From the NCBI GenBank assembly GCA_043814095.1, contig JBDRKI010000023.1, forward strand, positions 277 through 64,276: 64,000 nucleotides of DNA. Direction: 5' to 3'. Shown one piece after another: positions 58,781 through 64,000 of this stretch (within the stretch, counting starts at the first letter, position 1; the number at the start of each line of letters is the position of its first letter). The notes under the pieces are model-generated. The model had not been told where the DNA came from. It searched no databases and saw only the letters and a list, made by a program, of their open reading frames with translations. This DNA is from Armatimonadota bacterium (GTDB taxonomy: Bacteria > Vulcanimicrobiota > JACPDS01 > JBDRKI01). Made by a program: the position numbers and the translations under genes.

Positions 58781-60013
58781 TTACTGCACCGTCCTGAAAA
58801 TGATTCTGATAGGATAATAAGAGGCGCCTTCCGGCAGTGTCTTTATATTCACCGTGCGCGCCTCCCACGGTCCTAGCTTATAAGACCAGATTTTATGCTC
58901 TATGTAAGCCCTTGTGCAGGGAACTTCCAGAAGACGTCCGTCCAGAATAAAGGTCCCGCTGGCAACTCCGCCCCTTGGCTGGAATATTATCTCAACTTTA
59001 CACGGCTTGCCGGTAGTTTCTTTAATATCTAAATCAATGTTATATATTGTCCCGTAATCTCCCGCCAGGTGTTTGCCCGGAAAAAGATTGCGTAGCGGTG
59101 TATCGCCGAAAAGTATATATTCTTCTTTACTGCCCGTATCAAATCTAACGTCATAAGTAAGATCCGATATCATATAAACACCGCGCGCGTGAGTATCAAC
59201 TTCGGAACTTACCGGCGGATACTTGGGTTCTTCATCGCGGGTCCGAGTTGAAAAAAGATAAAACCATACAGGCGGACCGTCCAGAAGATACATCTCAAGT
59301 ATGCCCGAAAAAAGCTCTTTATGGGGCATCTCATAATTAAATAATATAAGTTCTTCGCCAGGTTTAATATTATAAATCACACCGCGCCTGTTATTCTTAC
59401 TCTCAAGAAAACCGATATTATTCGTATGACCGACCTTCATATAATTTTTACTGGGCCCTTTCATATCCCCTGATATGTACAATCTGGCCGTTTTGTCTTT
59501 ATCGGGGTTATAAAACCTGAGGGACATATAAGGATTTTCGTTTTCTAGGTCGGAAAGATGGTAATACTGGAACCTTACTTTTTTCCTGTAAATGCAGGAG
59601 GCGTTAAAAAGCACGCCGTAAGACGCAACCTTCTCCGGGTGGTTGCTGAACATTAAAAACGAGGGCTCTACATCAGGCAGATCATAATTTTTTATTTTCA
59701 GCTTCATCTTTTTAGATGTTTTTTTATTCTCCGCGCCAACAAAAGCAAAAGAATTTATTTTCAATACCTCCGGAATATTTTTAAGCTCAATATCTTCAAC
59801 CGCATCCGCCTGGCCGGTCTGAACCAGGTAATCCTTAACAATGTTTTCTAAAAGACTTGCTTGTGTATTTTCTCCCGCAAGCTCAATAACAATATAATCA
59901 ACAGGGGGCTTCTCATCGGAAAAAGAAGGAACAGCTAAAATAAGCACGGCAATAAAGCAAAACAAAATTGATATTCTTAGCTTTTTATTCCACACCACTG
60001 CCTCTTTATACAA
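58781..60013 (-). CDS. Secreted hypothetical protein (410 aa), translationally coupled to the GGDEF gene
   Basis: Signal peptide; stop is 1 nt before the GGDEF start; TTG start 2 nt after the leuS stop. Confidence 0.5.
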   Translation of the reverse strand: MYKEAVVWNKKLRISILFCFIAVLILAVPSFSDEKPPVDYIVIELAGENTQASLLENIVKDYLVQTGQADAVEDIELKNIPEVLKINSFAFVGAENKKTSKKMKLKIKNYDLPDVEPSFLMFSNHPEKVASYGVLFNASCIYRKKVRFQYYHLSDLENENPYMSLRFYNPDKDKTARLYISGDMKGPSKNYMKVGHTNNIGFLESKNNRRGVIYNIKPGEELILFNYEMPHKELFSGILEMYLLDGPPVWFYLFSTRTRDEEPKYPPVSSEVDTHARGVYMISDLTYDVRFDTGSKEEYILFGDTPLRNLFPGKHLAGDYGTIYNIDLDIKETTGKPCKVEIIFQPRGGVASGTFILDGRLLEVPCTRAYIEHKIWSYKLGPWEARTVNIKTLPEGASYYPIRIIFRTVQ

Positions 60014-62456
60014 CTATATTTACCAGTTTTCTGCCTACAACTATAACTTTTCCCGGGTCATTCCCGTTAAGCACCGCTTTCACCTTATCTGAAGAAAGAG
60101 CTGTTTTTTTAAGGGATTCTTCATCTATGTTTGACGGTACAAATATTTTATCTTTAACCTTGCCATTTATCTGAACAACTACCAGAACTTCATCATGAAC
60201 CAAAAATTTATCATTATACACGGGCCACGGAGAATTAAATATACCGCCTTTATACCCCAGCGTCTCCCAGAGTTCTTCGGCAACATGCGGGGCGTAAACA
60301 GAGAGAAGCTTTAATAATTCTTTCGCTGATTTAAAACAAACTTCGTCTTTGTTTTTATACTCCTCCAGCGCGTTTAAAAACTCCATAAGAGATGAAACGC
60401 CGGTATTATATGACATTCTCTCTATGTCTTCGGTTATTTTTTTAACAAACTGGTTCTGTTTTATATAAAGTTTCTTGCCTTCCGGTGTTAATTTATCAAT
60501 GTCAATTTTATCAACATTTTTATATGAATTTTTAATTTCGCCGTAAAAATTGAGAACCCTGTTCATAAACCGCTTAAGCCCCATTATGCTCTGCGGGTTC
60601 CAGAGGACCTCTTTATCCGGCGGAGCAAGGAAGAACATCGTAAGCCGGGCGACATCCACGCCGTGTTCGTTCATCACGTCTATAGGGGAAACCACATTGC
60701 CTTTTGATTTACTCATAATCTGGCCTCCGGCATCCATTACCATGCCGTGATTAAAAAGCTTCTCTACCGGTTCTTTTGAGGGAAGAAGGCCCGCGTCATA
60801 CAGGACCTTATGAATAAACCTGAAATAAAGAAGATGCCCGCACGCGTGCTCTATGCCGCCTATATACATATCAACTGGCAGCCACCGGGAAGCATATTCT
60901 TTTTTAAAGGCCTCGTCCGGATTTTTTGCGTCAACATACCTTATATAATACCAGGAAGAGCAGACAAACGTATCCATTGTATCGGCATCACGCTTAGCCG
61001 GGGATTTACATTTGGGGCATTTCGTATTTATAAATTCAGGAACGTCTTCTAAAGGAGAGCGCCCTTTGGGTATAAAGTCAATCTTTCCTTCCGGCAGTTT
61101 CACGGGAAGCTCTTCTGCCGGAACGGGAATAACCCCGCACTTAGGACAGTGTATAACCGGGATAGGGGCTCCCCAGTACCTCTGGCGTGAAATAAGCCAG
61201 TCCCTGAGCTTATAATTAACCTTTCTCCTGCCTAACTTTTTAGATTCTATATAATCGGATATCTTCTCTATCCCTTCATCTGAAGGCAGCCCCGTAAACT
61301 GATCTGAATTTACCATTATGCCGGATTCTATATACGCGTCTTCCATTTTATCCGGAAGAAGAGCTTCGCCTTCGGGATTTATAACAACTTTAACCGGTAT
61401 GTTGTATTTTTTGGCGAACAGAAAATCCCTGAAATCGTGTGCCGGGACACCCATAACAATACCGGTGCCGTATGAATGCAGAACATAATCCGCGACCCAC
61501 AGCTGAACACGTTCGCCGTTAAGGGGATTTACGGCATACCTGCCGGTAAATACCCCGTCTTTCTCGCCGGACGCTGATCTTTCTATATCTTTTTTCATTA
61601 CGGCTTTCTGCGCATAATCCGAAACCGCGCATTCTTCAGCTTTACCCTCAACCAGCATCTTAACAAGCGGGTTCTCGGGAGCTATGGCCATAAAGGTCAC
61701 TCCGAAAAGAGTATCAGGCCTTGTAGTGAAAACCGTTATTTTCTCATTACTTGCTTCTATGTTAAAATCTATTTCCAGCCCGTGGCTCTCCCCGATCCAG
61801 TTTCTCTGCATTGCCTTTACATTCTCCGGCCACCCGTCAAGCTCATCAATATCATAAAGCAGCCGATTAGCGTAATCGGTTATTTTGAAAAACCACTGCT
61901 TCATCTCTTTCTTTGTAACGGGGGTAGAACATCTCCAACATATACCTTCTTCCGCCTGTTCGTTTGCAAGAACGGTTTTACAGCCCCCGCACCAGTTAAC
62001 CAGTGATGTGTCCTGGTATGCAAGACCGGCCTGAAACAGTTTGAGAAAAACCCACTGGGTCCATTTATAATAATCAGGAAGGCATGTCGCGACCTCCCTG
62101 TCCCAGTCATAACTTACACCCATTTTTTTCAGCGTGGCTCTGGAAGTTTTTATATTATTAAGAGTCCAGTCTTTGGGATGAATGCCCCTTTTAATAGCCG
62201 CTTCCTCCGCAGGAAGCCCGAAAGCGTCCCATCCGAAAGGATGCAGTATATCATACCCCTTCATCTTTTTATATCTGAAAAGAAGATCGCCTATTATATA
62301 ATTGCGGAAATGGCCCATATGAATATCGCCGGAAGGATACGCGAACATCTCCAGAAGATAATACTTTTTATCTTTCTCCGGGAGGTCTGCGGCCTTAAAA
62401 AGCCCTTCGGACTCCCATTTTTTCTGCCATTTCTCTTCTACAGATTTAAAATCCAT
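60006..62456 (-). CDS. leuS: Leucyl-tRNA synthetase
   Basis: HMGH and KMSKS motifs; AAGGAG RBS before the ATG at 62456. Confidence 0.9.
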   Translation of the reverse strand: MDFKSVEEKWQKKWESEGLFKAADLPEKDKKYYLLEMFAYPSGDIHMGHFRNYIIGDLLFRYKKMKGYDILHPFGWDAFGLPAEEAAIKRGIHPKDWTLNNIKTSRATLKKMGVSYDWDREVATCLPDYYKWTQWVFLKLFQAGLAYQDTSLVNWCGGCKTVLANEQAEEGICWRCSTPVTKKEMKQWFFKITDYANRLLYDIDELDGWPENVKAMQRNWIGESHGLEIDFNIEASNEKITVFTTRPDTLFGVTFMAIAPENPLVKMLVEGKAEECAVSDYAQKAVMKKDIERSASGEKDGVFTGRYAVNPLNGERVQLWVADYVLHSYGTGIVMGVPAHDFRDFLFAKKYNIPVKVVINPEGEALLPDKMEDAYIESGIMVNSDQFTGLPSDEGIEKISDYIESKKLGRRKVNYKLRDWLISRQRYWGAPIPVIHCPKCGVIPVPAEELPVKLPEGKIDFIPKGRSPLEDVPEFINTKCPKCKSPAKRDADTMDTFVCSSWYYIRYVDAKNPDEAFKKEYASRWLPVDMYIGGIEHACGHLLYFRFIHKVLYDAGLLPSKEPVEKLFNHGMVMDAGGQIMSKSKGNVVSPIDVMNEHGVDVARLTMFFLAPPDKEVLWNPQSIMGLKRFMNRVLNFYGEIKNSYKNVDKIDIDKLTPEGKKLYIKQNQFVKKITEDIERMSYNTGVSSLMEFLNALEEYKNKDEVCFKSAKELLKLLSVYAPHVAEELWETLGYKGGIFNSPWPVYNDKFLVHDEVLVVVQINGKVKDKIFVPSNIDEESLKKTALSSDKVKAVLNGNDPGKVIVVGRKLVNIVV

Positions 62457-62501
62457 AACAAACTCCTTGAAAAACCATAACAATAAACGGAATATATTTA
62501 A

Positions 62502-64000
62502 TCACTTCTTGCTTTTGCCGGGAGAAGTTAATTTTATATCTATATCAAGATCAACTTCAAAAATCCTCGGCCACGGCAGTTTTGCATTTTTCAAAGTAAT
62601 TTTAGCCATTTCGGGATGTTTTTTAAAGGTTTCGCCAAACAGCTGCTGGGAAACTTTTTTCATGCTTTTCGCCACCATCTGCTGGGCCAGGGCGTGCTTG
62701 TTTTTTAAATCATGTATGTCTATTTTTTTGGCCTGAAGTTTTTTTGAAATATGCGGCCTCACTATGGACTGATAAAGCCAGTCGTCAAGAAACCTGTTCA
62801 TTAAAAACTTGTAATGGGCTTTGCTTTTTCTTGATTCGGGATAAAGGAAATAAAGAACCGACTGTACGAGAGCCGTACCCATGGCGTTGCCCGCCGTATT
62901 CCATGCCGAATAAGCCGCCAGCGACATCACATCTACATTTTTTCTCAGGACTTCGGCCAGCCCTATATCCGCGCCGTTTGCATAGGCCACATCCGCTACC
63001 GCTACCAGTTTATTCTGCTCAAAATACTGGTTCAGTTTCAATAAAAATTCTTTATATATAAAGAGTCTGTTTTTGGCAAAGTTTTTGCCGTCCTGCTCCC
63101 CTGCCTCATACTGCTGGTTAACGGGGGCGTTAATCATTAAAATAATATCCGCCTGATCGGGAATCGCAACCTGCAGGGCTCCGATTGCCGAAATCTGATC
63201 CGCAATGATTTCTTTAATTGACGCGTCTTCGTAAATGGGAATAATCCTGGATCCGTATGAAGGAAAGAAATCTATGTATATCTTAGGCCTTACATCCTTC
63301 ATTTTTATTAAGAACCTGGCCAGGACCAGCTGTATCGACTCATCGGTGCCGGGATACATGCTTACCCTGTCCTTTAAATTCAAAGCCTTCATTTTTTTCC
63401 TTAAAATATCTCTTTCTATGGAATTCAGGCTCATGGTCTTAGTATCATCAAGGCATAAAATCATATATTCAAACAGTCCTTCTTTCGACCAGTCAAACAT
63501 AAGAAGGTTTATCTTGTGATTTCTCAGCCTTATTTTTAAATATTCCTTAACCTTATTCCAGGGAATTCCGTATTTCTTGGCTTCATCTTCCAGCTTATAT
63601 ATATCCCACCAGTTTTCTTTGAAGATTACTTTTTTAAATTTTATTTTGTTGTATACCACAGTTAAAAATTCTTCCAGTTTCTGATTAAACTGCGCTTCCT
63701 TTTTATTTTTTGTCGTAGGCATTAACCGCGTCAAAATATTAAAAATATACACATTATCGCCTTTTTTCTGCTTGGCCGCTTTCCTCAGGAAGTTTAATCT
63801 TTTCATTACTTTAGTAAAACTTTTCGTGGAAATCCTGGAGCTTACCAGGTTTCCGAAAAGCAGGGCATCCACGGAAACCACCACCGCTTCGCATTTTTTA
63901 CTTTGTTTTCTAAGCCAGGATTCCAGCCTGTCGGGATTGCCTGTCTTTAAAAATTTGCCGAGCAAAGTTTTCGGAGGAAGTTCCAGCTTGTAATCGGTAT
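62502..64000 (-). CDS. Hypothetical protein, 5'-partial (continues beyond the window end)
   Basis: ORF open to the window edge; no family recognised with confidence. Confidence 0.4.
   Translation of the reverse strand, partial: TDYKLELPPKTLLGKFLKTGNPDRLESWLRKQSKKCEAVVVSVDALLFGNLVSSRISTKSFTKVMKRLNFLRKAAKQKKGDNVYIFNILTRLMPTTKNKKEAQFNQKLEEFLTVVYNKIKFKKVIFKENWWDIYKLEDEAKKYGIPWNKVKEYLKIRLRNHKINLLMFDWSKEGLFEYMILCLDDTKTMSLNSIERDILRKKMKALNLKDRVSMYPGTDESIQLVLARFLIKMKDVRPKIYIDFFPSYGSRIIPIYEDASIKEIIADQISAIGALQVAIPDQADIILMINAPVNQQYEAGEQDGKNFAKNRLFIYKEFLLKLNQYFEQNKLVAVADVAYANGADIGLAEVLRKNVDVMSLAAYSAWNTAGNAMGTALVQSVLYFLYPESRKSKAHYKFLMNRFLDDWLYQSIVRPHISKKLQAKKIDIHDLKNKHALAQQMVAKSMKKVSQQLFGETFKKHPEMAKITLKNAKLPWPRIFEVDLDIDIKLTSPGKSKK

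Overview
AT-rich bacterial chromosomal window from a probably anaerobic, flagellated organism (Mo-hydroxylase, CoA-transferase, YfcC and Dus genes are present). Housekeeping genes include pckA, glgC, folE2, pepD, leuS and a hom-thrC-thrB-lysC-asd aspartate-pathway operon, alongside an accessory or catabolic island and several mobile or selfish elements. Best-supported highlights: (1) an initiator tRNA-fMet(CAU) gene split by a ~206-nt group I intron whose core matches the small IC3 tRNA introns of the Azoarcus tRNA-Ile type; (2) a hicB-hicA toxin-antitoxin cassette inserted precisely between two subunit genes of a xanthine-dehydrogenase-family operon, bracketed by a 29-bp duplicated stop-RBS-start junction; (3) three arrays of TTAACA hexamers at exact 11-bp phasing (a PhoP/OmpR-type direct-repeat architecture) in front of promoters, one of which precedes an unknown two-gene module; (4) a ~16-kb minus-strand gene block predicting a novel N-heterocycle catabolic pathway (Mo-hydroxylase trio, FdrA/YlbE-like pair, nitrilase-family hydrolase, cyclase-family amidohydrolase, family-III CoA-transferase, permease); (5) group II intron RNA remnants, namely a class-C-like 5' fragment sitting immediately after an intrinsic terminator, and a domain I piece plus domain V/VI pair flanking an AAA_14/DUF4143 ATPase gene and an IS1634-type transposase fragment; (6) two HEPN/nucleotidyltransferase pairs with palindromic operators, an IS605 tnpB remnant, and a cluster of large secreted proteins of unknown function. 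No CRISPR array or rRNA was seen.
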